Assembly (NCBI GenBank): GCA_964016885.1
Contig: OZ024741.1
Location: 198,462,001 to 198,526,000, forward strand
DNA: 64,000 bases
Origin: Eledone cirrhosa
Lineage: Eukaryota
Reading direction: 5' to 3'
Of this stretch, positions 38,901 through 50,305 are shown one piece after another. Below the pieces are notes generated by a model. The model saw only the letters and a list, made by a program, of their open reading frames with translations, was not told the origin of the DNA and did no database searches. Both the position numbers and the translations under genes were made by a program. Numbering within the stretch: position 1 is the first letter of the stretch; every line of letters starts with the position of its first letter.

Positions 38901-41283
38901 TAATTTTACAGAATTCAAGATTATATTAACATTAACACACTCACACACATATATAGTTTAGGGACTGTAACGTCAAGTGCAGTTTGTTCACCAAAACGAG
39001 CACATGATGCGTAGTTTCTAGTGAACTAAGGAATGTAATAGTAATAAGTATGGACGAGGTGTCAAATTATTAAATTTATTCAGGTGTGACGCGTGTTTTG
39101 TGATTGATTGCTCACCTATAGGTTCGATCGCGATCGATCGAGCCCGACTCGACGGTATGTTTCGCATACAGCGTTAAAAAAAAACTGTACGCGAAACATT
39201 CCGATATATATATATATATGAGGTGCGCATATATGCGCCAACTAACTTCTTGTCCTCCTCCTCTTTCTCTCTTTTCGAAGGCACCTTTGCCCATCGCTGT
39301 CTTTGACAGTATTAAGCTGTTTTAACTGCTGTTCTAGCGATGAGTTTTCTTATTTTTATATGTATTTAAATGCACCTACACTTCGTCTCGATCATAGACA
39401 ACAATGTTTTTCATGTTATATATGTGTGTGTATATGAGATGTTTCACTTTAGATATATAAAATACAGACAAAATGAAATTGAATGAAACTGAACATAGAA
39501 ATGAAATGAAAGATTGCATTGTTTTTAATTTCCTTTTAATCGATTAATTGAAAGATTTATTTGCGATTTTCCACTCCTCATATAGACTTTCTCCCTCACA
39601 ACGTCACGAATACATTCATTTCTTTCTCGCATTAAAATAGGTGGCTGTGATATTAAATATTTATTTTAATAATTGTGAATTTAGTTAAGAAAATATTTTT
39701 CTTTCTTTCGAATGCATAAAAATTTCCATGAATCGTTAAGATTTTGTATAAGAAAATAACTATCCTTTTCAATTATTACGTGTTATTACGCCTTTTAAAT
39801 TGAAAGAAACATTTTATGAAATAGGATTAAGGTTTTGGTTATGGTTAGATAACGTTGGTTTCAATTGGTAATAAGAGGTAGCAGCGAAGCGCCATTAAAA
39901 ATGTCAATGAAAACATTGATATAACCTAAGAAATAGAGGCATTTAATGTAGGCTATAGAGGCATTATAATGTAGGCTATTATCTACATGTAAACTGACAA
40001 ACGACAATAATCTACTCTCGGGTCCCAAATAAACGGGGGGGGGGGGTCCGTTTTTTCCTAGGTTGTCTCGGTTCATTTTTTTAAACCAGAATTGGTCGTT
40101 TAGTTTACATATTGAGACCCCCAACCCATCTTATTTATTTTATACCGTATGGGATTTCTAGTAATTTTCTTTCTTTTTTTTTTGTCATGTATGTTTTTTA
40201 TGTCTAAAAGAAAATTAATGTCGCAAGAATGCTACACCACTTAAAATAAAATTTCGCTGGAGATAGATTAGAAATATATAATAAGCGGCAGAGAGCTGGA
40301 AAAATAAATCAACGGGAGGGGCATTATTCGAGACCAGAAAGTATATGTTATATCATTAATTAGTCATTAAAATACAATATTTTCGAATTAACTAAAAAAT
40401 ATAAAAACTGCTTCGTCAGTTCCGATGTTATATACTTTAGAGTAAAGTTTATTTTCTTAAGCTCAAATGCAAGATTGCTCGATATATGATCACAGCTATT
40501 TATACTAGGAGGAAGTGATATTGTTTGTTAATGCATTTAGTTTAATTATTAATATAATAAAAAATAAATTAAAATCCGGATTGAAATGGAAAAACCAAAA
40601 ACAGCTAAAGGTCGCAAGAGAGTCATGTGACATGATTTGACCAATCAGAACGGTCGGAATTTCCCGTTTCTATTTTTATATCCATTATATCAATTGACAT
40701 AAACACACACATACATAAATACACATATATATATACATACATAAATAAATACACACACACATATATATACACCCACACATTTACACGTATACACTATGCG
40801 TAAGTGTTAGAATGTGTCAGTGTATATGTCCATACATGTGTAGTTATAGTTGTTGAAGGCGCCACAATTTTTTTTTTATATATTAATATAATCGATTAAA
40901 AAAAGTATATTTTGAAATGCATCAATAAATTTAACTTACGAATCTCCATCTTCATCTTGACTATATAAGTCATCTAAGTCCGATTGTGTACAAATTCCAT
41001 CGTCCTGCTCATCATAACACTTGTGTGGTTTAGCTTCAGATGTTAGCTTCCAAATATCTGAAACAATACTGATCTCAGGGATGGCTGGCAAGTCCGATTT
41101 GGGCACTTCGTTAGTTAAAGGTTTCTCCTCAATGTCAACGGAACCTACTATCGATGTAGAGTTGCTACTACCATAGGCAGAATCGAATGACTGCGAATTG
41201 ACATGTATTTTCTTAAAGTCTTTCTCGAGTCGAAGTATGTCATCCCGTAATTCCACCCCGACGTTACTATCAACACAATCCAT
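35890..41283 (-). CDS. NFKBIA: IkappaB/cactus-like NF-kB inhibitor, 5 coding exons join(41283-40940,38875-38559,38250-38162,36687-36451,35931-35890), about 342 aa
   Basis: All introns are GT..AG and the phases (2,1,0,0) give one frame: 344+317+89+237+42=1029 nt. N-terminal KK...DSAYGS degron-like motif, six ankyrin repeats (DGDSVLHMAII, QTPLHLAVIT, GNSPLHVACREG, GLTSLHLGV, SGRTILHYAVE, GGVTSYAVA) and acidic PEST tail DSSSDESDDE. The symbol means NFKBIA-like, not proven orthology. Confidence 0.93.
36451..36687 (-). CDS. NFKBIA: IkB exon 4 (ankyrin repeats 5-6, PEST)
   Basis: TTACAG acceptor; DGKSGRTILHYAVE...SSDESDDEM|GTTAGT. Confidence 0.93.
37466..37501 (+). ncRNA. minimal hammerhead motif in IkB intron 3, antisense to the gene
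   Basis: TTTC CTGATGA A GGACT TA AGTCC GAAA AGTT GAAA; same family as 26684 with one substitution. Confidence 0.6.
37590..38050 (+). mobile_element. decayed LINE RT fragment in IkB intron 3
   Basis: LADEQCGF, FVDL.KAY and RQGCILS remnants. Confidence 0.65.
38162..38250 (-). CDS. NFKBIA: IkB exon 3 (ankyrin repeat 4), 89 nt
   Basis: TTTCATTCAG acceptor; GLTSLHLGV...GANVNAQ|GTAAG. Confidence 0.93.
38559..38875 (-). CDS. NFKBIA: IkB exon 2 (ankyrin repeats 1-3)
   Basis: TTCAG acceptor; VLHMAIIEGD...QTPLHLAVIT...GNSPLHVACREG...NYD G|GTAAG. Confidence 0.95.
40012..40343. mobile_element. Tc1/mariner-type MITE in IkB intron 1 (left part also at about 7758-7888)
   Basis: TA-CTCTCGGGTCCCAAATAA ... 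TTATTCGAGACCAGAAAG-TA; homologous segment at 7.8 kb. Confidence 0.65.
40622..40665 (-). promoter_or_regulatory. intron-1 cluster: consensus kB site, CCAAT and TCATGTGA E/M-box
   Basis: GGGAAATTCC on the minus strand at 40665-40656, CCAAT at 40641-40645 and GTCATGTGAC at 40622-40631. Confidence 0.6.
40940..41283 (-). CDS. NFKBIA: IkB exon 1 (signal-response domain)
   Basis: ATG at 41283 (MDCVDSN...), contains DFKK...FDSAYGSS and ends QDEDGD TC|GTAAG. Confidence 0.88.
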
Positions 41284-41494
41284 GATTATAGAAATGAGTT
41301 CCAATATAAAAGCTGGTAAAAGACAGGAAAAGGCTGTCGTCAAATTGTATACGATATAAAATACAGAAGTTACAAATAAGAAAAAAGTAATATAAAGACT
41401 ATTAATTATTTACTAATAAGTAAATATAACTTCAAAATAGTTTTAGTCTGATGCACAATATAATCATTGACTAGAGCAGAATGACGAGAACTTG

Positions 41495-41555
41495 TTATAT
41501 ATGCAGCAGAAATATTGAATATGGAAAATCCAGTTATAACGAATGAAACGATTGG
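41495..41555 (-). promoter_or_regulatory. IkB core promoter: TATA box, kB-like site, CCAAT box
   Basis: Minus strand has CCAAT (41555-41551), GGATTTTCC (41531-41523) and TATATAA (41501-41495) in canonical order, about 210 nt upstream of the ATG. Confidence 0.6.
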
Positions 41556-42360
41556 CTTAGCATATGTCTCCCACTACCACGTAACCAATACCTCTCCCTT
41601 CTTCCCCTTTATCACAGTATTATCTGCCCACTCCTCTTACTCAATATTTTTGTTATTTCCAATTACTTTATATTTGGATATTTCTAGTTTGGGTATTTTA
41701 TGATTTTATTTGTAACACTTTAATGAAAGGGGGAAATTACTGGAAATATGTTGCATGAATTATAAAAAAATATTGAGGAATACCTTTCATTCTTTTAAAT
41801 ATTTGATAATTTGACATATTTTCACTTTATCCTGTAGAGGGCGAATTACAGCATAACTATAGTACAATGACCTCTCACCTAATTTATTTCTTCATAACAT
41901 AAGGTGTGTATATATATATATATATATATATTAAATTGTTAAACAATATTCGATGATTATGCCAAAGAATGATTTTTACAGTATATAAATATAAATAAAT
42001 AGCAAATAATCCTGAAATCTGGAGTCTTCACATTAATATTATAAATATTTCCAAATTATAACCGTTTAACTTTCGGAAAAAAAAACCTACACTTTATCTT
42101 TCCTTCCTTATAAATCTTTTTCCAGTGGCTATCACTGGCTGTTATAAATCATGAGACGTCTCCCTAGATATAGTATCATACAATTTTAAATTTTAGAACA
42201 CTTTAAGTATGCAACGTTTTTTCTTACTCACACATTCTCTAATGAATTCATTACGTTTTCGCATTCTCACATAAATATTATATAAGCAAAATTTTCTATC
42301 GGGTAATCACTACCTTGATTAAATCTTAACCATTTAACATCTCAGGGTATGTCATGTATC

Positions 42361-42423
42361 ATTATATTTTGTCTGATGAGGACGTACTGTTGTACATCCG
42401 AAATATGTATAATAAAATGTAAT
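42361..42423 (+). ncRNA. type I hammerhead ribozyme
   Basis: 12-bp stem I ATTATATTTTGT/ATAAAATGTAAT; CTGATGA 42373-79; stem II GGA-C-GTAC/GTAC-A-TCC; GAAA 42400-03; ATA site 42409-11. Confidence 0.85.
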
Positions 42424-42452
42424 TGATCAAAAGAACATCTAATTTATTAATA

Positions 42453-42497
<45 letters not shown>

Positions 42498-42527
42498 AGA
42501 ACAAAAGATGGTTAAAGGAGTTCCATG

Positions 42528-42598
42528 TATTTTATTATGCGCATTTCAAAAACAAATATCATCATGCAATAATATTTGTGTTTTCATCAGATAAAACA
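42528..42598 (-). ncRNA. type I hammerhead ribozyme (left arm)
   Basis: Mirror of 42707-42777. Confidence 0.8.
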
Positions 42599-42706
42599 GG
42601 AGGACATGATATGAAGGCTAAAAAACACTTGTGGATAGTTCAGTTTTAAATCAACATATAACTGAACTATCCACAAGTGTTTTTTAGCCTTCATATCATG
42701 TCCTCC

Positions 42707-42777
42707 TGTTTTATCTGATGAAAACACAAATATTATTGCTTGATGATATTTGTTTTTGAAATGCGCATAATAAAATA
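42707..42777 (+). ncRNA. type I hammerhead ribozyme (right arm)
   Basis: TGTTTTAT CTGATGA [16-bp stem II, one mismatch] GAAA TGCGC ATA ATAAAATA; ATGCGCAT palindrome. Confidence 0.8.
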
Positions 42778-42900
42778 CATGGAACTCCTTTAACCATCTT
42801 TTGTTCTTATATATTATGTATACTCCAGTCCTACAAACTGTAGAGTGCTTCTTATCCGATATCTGCATTGCTTTATTGTACTACAATAAAACTCACCTCC

Positions 42901-42987
<87 letters not shown>

Positions 42988-42992
<5 letters not shown>

Positions 42993-43823
42993 GAAAGAAG
43001 AGTGACACGGTTTGCTATACAAAAAAGGTTTTTAATCTCATTGCTGACAATTGTTTCTCTGAACTGGTAGGTCTAGAGATCGCTACCCGCTTGTTTTCAC
43101 GTTATTCGATCACCAATACAAACTTATAACCAGTCAATTCATCGGAGTTTGTGAGAATGAAAAGAATATACAGGCATGGCTACTATATATAGTAGTAATG
43201 GCATTCAATCAGAACAATAACAACAATACTAACAATGCTAGCAATAAATGTTGTCTTATACATGTATGTTATTGATGATGAGAAAGCTAGACAACCCTTT
43301 CATCTAATATAGACCACACAAATATTACTATCCTCACTAGAGTGATAAATTCTTCATCTGTCAGATAATAAATGATTCTTACGGCCACCAGACCTACATT
43401 GTTTAAAGCCACCGGCTTATCTTTACACTATATATAATACACCCATGACAGCTTTTACATGTCAATTTTATACATCTGACTCATGTCAGCTAGTTTTACA
43501 CGCTAAAATCGTAGATATACTATACTTCCCACCCAGATTGATGTTGTGATTATTTCAAATAATTTATTGCTAGCATTGTTAGTATTGTTGTTATTGTTCT
43601 GATTGAATGTCATTACTACTATATATAGTAGCCATGCCTGTATATTCTTTTCATTCTCACAAGCTCCGATGAATTGACTTGTTATAATTTTGTCTTGGTG
43701 ATCGAATAACGTTGAAACAAGCGGGTAGCGATCTCTAGACCTACCAGTTCAGAGAAACAATTGTCAGCAATGAGATTAAAAACCTTTTTTGTATAGCAAA
43801 CTGTGTCACTCTTCTTTCCTGAT
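42988..43823. repeat. inverted repeat, about 260-bp arms and 310-bp spacer, starting at (AT)n
   Basis: 42988-43249 is the reverse complement of 43562-43823. Confidence 0.9.
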
Positions 43824-44611
43824 TTATCATTACTCCAAGTGTTTACAACATAGGAATTACAGCGTACTCGCAACATCACTATGGAAACGCCTTGTTGAGT
43901 CAAACTTAGCCAAGTGTTGATATCATCCACTACTCGGAGTACCATAACTGGACTACACTTAAGGGGACTCCTAGAATTAAAGATTAACTGATTAATTTAA
44001 TTAGACAGTTCTACTGATTGATTAATTGTTTATGTTTGTTTGATAACTTCTGGTTGAGTGCTTAATTCGGTTTGTCTAAGGGAATTTCATTCCTTTGTCT
44101 CAAATTTCGAATTCACCGCCAAAACGGGGGTTACCTCCCTTGGAGAAAACCACGTGTCTATAGCGAAATTTACTGCTAGAACACACTCGCCGAGGCTATA
44201 GAACCCAAGACTTGTTGACGAAGTAAATCCTTTGTTCTGTCGTCAAAGGCCATTAACTTGCAGACCCCTGCAAGCGGAATTAGTCGATCTCGGATTTACA
44301 GAAACCTAGAGTGGATGTTGTATGTTGTAGGTGATGTATATCGTATGCTATACGATATGCATTATGTATTGCATTCGGTCTCCGCGTGATGGTCTAGGTC
44401 AGTCAAAAATCTTTTCCTGAGTCCAGTCTTTTTCGTTGCTATGGCAATGCGGCTGGACTGCCGATCGCTATATTTGATTTGCAAAGCTGTCTAAACGTAT
44501 TGTTATTACTCTGGGGTATTATTCTCCATCGAGTGCTAAATCTACATTCCGAATTTGCATTCGTTAGCTTAGCCGCAGCCCAAAGATTCGTTAATGCTGT
44601 ACTAAAATTTG

Positions 44612-44657
<46 letters not shown>

Positions 44658-44670
44658 TACATATATATAT

Positions 44671-45851
44671 ATGGTGGCTGCCAACTCGTTTTCGAGTACG
44701 GACACTACCTTATATCCATGTAGGAGAACCCCTACCGATGCGCTGAACGAGTGTGACCCTCTAGTCTAGCCAGCGACTTGAAAACTCTGGTACAAACACT
44801 AAACCTGTGACAATTATTGACACATAGTGCTGGGCCCATGGTACCATGTGACGACAGGTGCAGAGAGATCTCCAGATATAAAGCAATGCCCGTGCCCTGA
44901 AGCTTTTATAGTGAGCAAAGGCACTGCACAAAGCCACTCCCACTCTCTTAACCAAGATGATATTTACCAAAAAGAAGAACAAGTCAACATCATTGGATAC
45001 CATCAGGGTTGCAGGTGTTATATCAGAGTTTTCCTTCTCTTAGAATTCTGCCTTGACAGAGGCTAAGGGGTCATCTCTCCCGGTGATTTTGGATGGCCAT
45101 TGACTCTTAAGAGCTCCTTTATCCTTTGACAGATTTTGTTTTTAGTCCTGCAGGATGTCCAAAGTCACCCTCCTCACCAAGAAAACTTGGTGGGGTTGCC
45201 AGTTTAGTCGCCAACGACCCGACCATGAGACAGGTTGTACTGGGATACATGTTACCAGTATATGGTGGCTGCCAACTCGTTTTCGAGTACGGCCACTACT
45301 TTATGTCCATGTAGGAGAACCCCTACCGATGCACTGAACGAGTGTGACCCTCTAGTCCAGCCAGCGACTTGAAAACTCTGGTACAAACACTACACTTGTG
45401 ACAATTATTGACACATAGTGCTTTGCCTTTGGTACCATGTGACGACAAGTGCAGAGAGATCTCCAGATATAAAGCAATGCCTGTGCCGTGAAGCTTTTAT
45501 AGTGAGCAAAGGCACTGCACAAAGCCAGTCCCACTCTCTTAACCAAGATGATATTTACCAAAAAGAAGAACAAGTCAACATCATTGGATACCATCAGGGT
45601 TGCAGGTGTTATATCAGAGTTTTCCTTCTCCTAGAATTCTGCCTTGACAAAGGCTAAGGGGTCATCTCTCCCAGTGATTTTGGATGGCCATTGACTCTTA
45701 AGAGCTCCTTTGCCTTTTGACAGGTTTTGTTTTTAGTCCTGCAGGATGTCCAAAGTCACCCTCCTCACCAAGAAAACTTGGTGGGGTTGCCAGTTTAGTC
45801 GCCAACGACCCGACCATGAGACAGGTTGTACTGGGATACATGTTACCAGTA
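44671..45851. repeat. 591-bp direct tandem duplication of unknown sequence
   Basis: Unit starts ATGGTGGCTGCCAACTCG at 44671 and 45262; the ORF track shows matching ORFs offset by 591. Confidence 0.92.
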
Positions 45852-45939
45852 GCACCAAGTGGTGACCTGACATATATATATACACACGTACATACACACA
45901 CATACATACACACATATATACACTCATATACACACACAT

Positions 45940-46004
<65 letters not shown>

Positions 46005-46099
46005 AAAGTTAAACAAGGTTCAATGAATACATCAAAGAATGAGTTTTACAATTGATTGGAAGCACTCAACAGTTAAAAGGTTTCCAGAGTTATTAATAT

Positions 46100-46240
46100 T
46101 AATTCAAAATATTAACAAAATAAGATATTCTTGTGATCAATTATATTTTATTATACATATTTCAGAGGTACTGAGTTAAGTTCAACATCAGATAAAATAA
46201 GATGATGCATGACATACCCTGACATAGTAGATGGTTAAGA
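46100..46240 (-). repeat. decayed copy of the 42330-42450 hammerhead element
   Basis: Minus: CAGGGTATGTCA...TTTTAT CTGATGT...GAAATATGTATAATAAAA; core mutated. Confidence 0.65.
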
Positions 46241-46250
46241 TTCAGTCATG

Positions 46251-46361
<111 letters not shown>

Positions 46362-46548
46362 CACAACACATACATACACACAGAAATAAATAAATAAAAA
46401 AGGTGGGTATGTAATGGGTAAGGTAGAAAGTAAGGGGGAATAAGGAAAATAAATAACATAGGAAAAAGTTTAAATATAAGGGGAGATAAGGGAGAAAAAG
46501 AATATAAGGGTACAGAAAGTGAGTTCAGAGAGTAATAAAAATCGTAAG

Positions 46549-46723
46549 GCAAATATTATTGCATGATGATATTTGTTTTTGAAATGCGCATAATAAAATA
46601 CATGGAACTCCTTTAACCATCTTTTGTTCTTATATATTATGTATACTCCAGTCCCACAAACTGTAGAGTGCTTCTTATCCGATATCTGCATTGCTTTATT
46701 GTACTACAATAAAACTCACCTCC

Positions 46724-46725
<2 letters not shown>
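46549..46725 (+). repeat. 5'-truncated second copy of the 42.7-42.9 kb hammerhead element, ending in (AT)n
   Basis: Near-identical to 42727-42902. Confidence 0.9.
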
Positions 46726-46783
<58 letters not shown>

Positions 46784-46831
46784 GTCAATTAGATCCCAAG
46801 GCATTTTTGTACAAGTTGAAAACATGTTATG

Positions 46832-49140
46832 TCATCATCATCATCATCATTTTATGTCTGCTTTTCCCTGCTTGCTAGGGTGGGACGGGTCTTATTCAGC
46901 ACAGCATCTCTCCACTTGTCACGGTCCTTCGTCATCTCCACCATGAGCTTCAGCGATCTGAGGTCTGTTCTCACCACCTCCGCCCATGTTTTTCGTCTTC
47001 CTTCAACTGGCATTTCCTGGCACTTCTTCACCCATCGGTCATCCTTCATGCGCATCACATGTCCATACCACCTCGGTCTCCTCTCTCGCACACTACATTC
47101 TATCCCTCTCAGGCACAGTTTCTCTCTCAACACATTCATGCTGAGTCGTTCATGCACATTGACATTGCACATCCAACGGAGCATGCTTGCCTCATTTCTC
47201 TCCAGCCGTCGCATATCCTCTGTAGTTGCTGTCCATGTCTCACTACCATGCAGCATCGCGCTCCTCACACAGGCATCATATAACCGACCTTTCGTACGCA
47301 GGGAGAAACCACTCTTCGTCAGCAGAGGAAGCAGCTCCCTATACTTCTTCCAACCCGTCCTTATTCTAGATACTATGGCCTCGGAACACCCCTCCCATGC
47401 TAATCGGATCTCCTAGGTACCGGAAGCTATCCACCACTTCTATAGCACCCGCCTGCATTTGAAAGATGTGTCTATCAATGCGACTTCTACTGTCTAATTT
47501 CCCTGTACATCTACTGCATACGTATTTCTCCCTACCTGTTAGTTTGCCTGCTATCCCGCTACATCTCTTGTGTACCCAGGATCTGCATTGTGTGCATTTT
47601 ATAGAATTTATGCCAGTTCCTTTTCTGCATATCGAAAATGGCCATTTCGCTGATGGAATCAGAGTTTTGTCCTCTTTTCTACTCATCAGCACTTTTGTCT
47701 TAGCTAAGTTCACTCTCAGTCCTCTTGCTTCCAACTGATGTTTCCATAGCCAGAATTTATTCTCTAGCTCCTCTACTGATTCTGCTATAAGAACCAGATC
47801 GTCAGCATAGAGAAGTTCCCATGGACAGCCAGTCTTAAACTCCTCTGTTATGGCTTGGAGGACTATAATGAACAAGAACAGGCTGAGGACCGAACCTTGA
47901 TGTACTCCTACTTGTATCTGGAATTCCTCACTAAACTCCATTCCTACCCTAACTTTACTGACAGCACCTCTGAACAAAGTTTGCACTGTCCTCACGAGCC
48001 ATTCCTCAACACCTAGTTTCCTTAGGGATCACCAGATGACAGATCGAGGTACCCTATCAAAGGCCTTCTCTAGGTCAACAAAGGCTAAGTATAGTGGCTT
48101 ATTCTTCTCTAAGAACCTCTCTTGTAATTGTCTCACCAAGAAGAGGGCATCTGTTCTACTTTTCCCAGGCACAAAACCAAACTGCATCTCATCTAGTTTG
48201 ACCCCTTCTCTAATTAGTTGTGCTAATATCCTTTCTGCCACTTTCATAACCTGATCCATCAGTTTCATACCCCTATAATTGCTCCTCTCCAGAACATCCC
48301 ATTTACCTTTGTAGCAATTTATGAGAATACTGCAGCACCAGTCTTTTGGCATGACACCACCATATATAGCCTGATTGATGATGCGTGCAACCAGTTTAGT
48401 GCCTACGTCCCCCTGTTGCCTTCAGCATCTCAACAACTATCCCCGACGGTCCAGCAGCCTTACCATTTTTTATTTCCTTAATCGCCTCTTCGACCCTATA
48501 TTCGTCAATCTCAATAGCTGGTCCCTCTGTCGGATCTACTGAGGGTAATTTCTCTCTCTCCCATTCGGTCTCCACATTCATCAGTCTCTGGTAATGACAT
48601 TTCCAGGCCTCCTTTTTCGGATCATTCGTGACACATGTATCTCCAACAACATCCTGATTTGCATTGACACACTGCCTTGCAATGTGGAACACCGCACGCC
48701 TCTGATCTTCCCATCGCAGAACATTGGCAAACCTCCTACTTTCAGCCTCCCTGCGTGCTAAGTACACCTGACGTCTAGCTTCTGTAAGAAATTCCAGTTA
48801 TTATCTATGTCATACGTCTCTAAATCGTCTTCTTTTTCGTCATATACATCTTGAAGGGCTTTCCTAAATTTGTATTTTAGTGAAAGGTCTTTTAGCTTCC
48901 AGACCTTTCTTCTCCGCACCTTCCTGTCTGTCTCATTCCATCTCTTGCTTACTGAGATATCACTAACGACTAACCTATGCTGTGGGGGTACATTCTTCCC
49001 CAGGGTATGCCTTGGTATTTGACACCATCTGCCTGTCCCGCTGCCTAACTAGTAAGAAGTCAATCTGGCTTATGTGCTCGCCAGATTTGTAGGTTATTAG
49101 GTGGTTGGCAGGTTTCTGGAAGTTAGTGTTGCAAATAGTC
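46832..49140 (-). mobile_element. second RTE-clade LINE, decayed, with (GAT)n tail
   Basis: Same motifs as 29424-33490 with frameshifts; (TCA)n at 46832-46849. Confidence 0.9.
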
Positions 49141-49146
49141 AGTGTA

Positions 49147-49216
<70 letters not shown>

Positions 49217-49222
<6 letters not shown>

Positions 49223-49598
49223 TAATAAAAGCAATGAATAAAAACAAAGAAACAGTTCCTTATATTAAAAAATTCATCATTTTACGATCGTTTCTAGGAA
49301 ATATATGTGTGTGTTGGTATGTATATCATATAGATCTATGTAAAAATTTTACAAAATATCAGAGGAAATATGCATACTACACATATATATGCTGTCTTCA
49401 GAAATAATTATTTCTGAAGACAGCATATATATGTGTAGGTATGTATATTTCCTCTGATATTTTGTAAAATTTTTACATAGATCTATATGATATACATACC
49501 AACACACACATATATATCCTAGAAACGATCGTAAAATGATGAATTTTTTATATAAGGAACTGTTTCTTTGTTTTTAATCATTGTTTTTATTAATTTAT
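49217..49598. repeat. loop-less palindrome, about 190-bp arms, abutting (AT)n
   Basis: Centre CAGAAATAA|TTATTTCTG at 49407/49408; few mismatches. Confidence 0.95.
49407..49540 (+). ncRNA. hammerhead motif with very long stem II (mirror on the minus strand at 49276-49408)
   Basis: ATTATTT CTGAAGA [about 100-nt hairpin] GAAA CGATC GTA AAATGAT; ACGATCGT palindrome; the first stem II pair is a C-A mismatch. Confidence 0.65.
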
Positions 49599-49955
49599 CT
49601 TGACTCTGTTTTCCTGTGATTTTCATCGAAAACATTTTTGAATACATCTTCTCTTTTCATGATATTTGGATTACATTGAGTTCTTCATACGGATTGGACA
49701 CTACCGTATATTTTGGTAGATTTATCTATATATATATATATACGGCCTGCCCGCCCAGCCAATGGGATGGCGTTATCTTATGGCTAAAACAGCACGATGT
49801 GCTGTGACCAGCGGCGCCGAATGGACGCCCGACAGACTGGTCGGTCAAGGTGATATATATACACACGAGTTTTATATGGAATAATAATATTATTCAAATA
49901 TACTGACTTATCAGTAACTTCAGAGGAGAAGATCATTTTCAAGCCCTATACAAGA

Positions 49956-50305
49956 TGAAAGGTAGGAAGAGTTATACAGTCGAGTACAAGAAAGGAATTG
50001 TGGAGGAATTACTGGGCAAGAATCTTACTATTTTCTGCAAAGAAAAGAATCTGGATCTCCAAATAGTTCAAAGATAGAAAATGGACTACGATAAACTCAG
50101 TCAGAACATGGACGAGGAAAATGCAAAGAAACTTAAGCGTGGATCCAGAGTTTTGGTTGTTCACAGGGCTGATATTCAAACATTTGCCCTTCCAAATGCA
50201 CTAGAGTTTGGTATAGTTCCAGAAGAATTTAAAGCATCCAAAAACTGGCTGGGTAATTTCCTTCAGCGACACGAATTTTCTCTGGGAGGATCGACAACAC
50301 TGTTT
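49956..50305 (+). mobile_element. pogo/Tigger-like transposase N-terminal CENP-B HTH fragment
   Basis: MKGRKSYTVEYKKGIVE... and FKASKNWLGNFLQRHEFSL. Confidence 0.75.

Larger units (their letters stand above)
42488..42817. repeat. near-perfect palindrome, 158-bp arms and 14-nt loop
   Basis: 42488-42645 vs 42660-42817 with one mismatch seen; (AT)n directly on the left and at 42904-42989 on the right. Confidence 0.95.

Noticed and set aside
40370-40425. Possible sense-strand hammerhead in IkB intron 1 (CTGACGA...GAAA...GTA)
   Set aside because: No stem II and no stem III pair; stem I would be mostly G-U.
41284-41343. Longer IkB N-terminus given in the ORF track
   Set aside because: It starts at TTG; the first ATG is at 41283.
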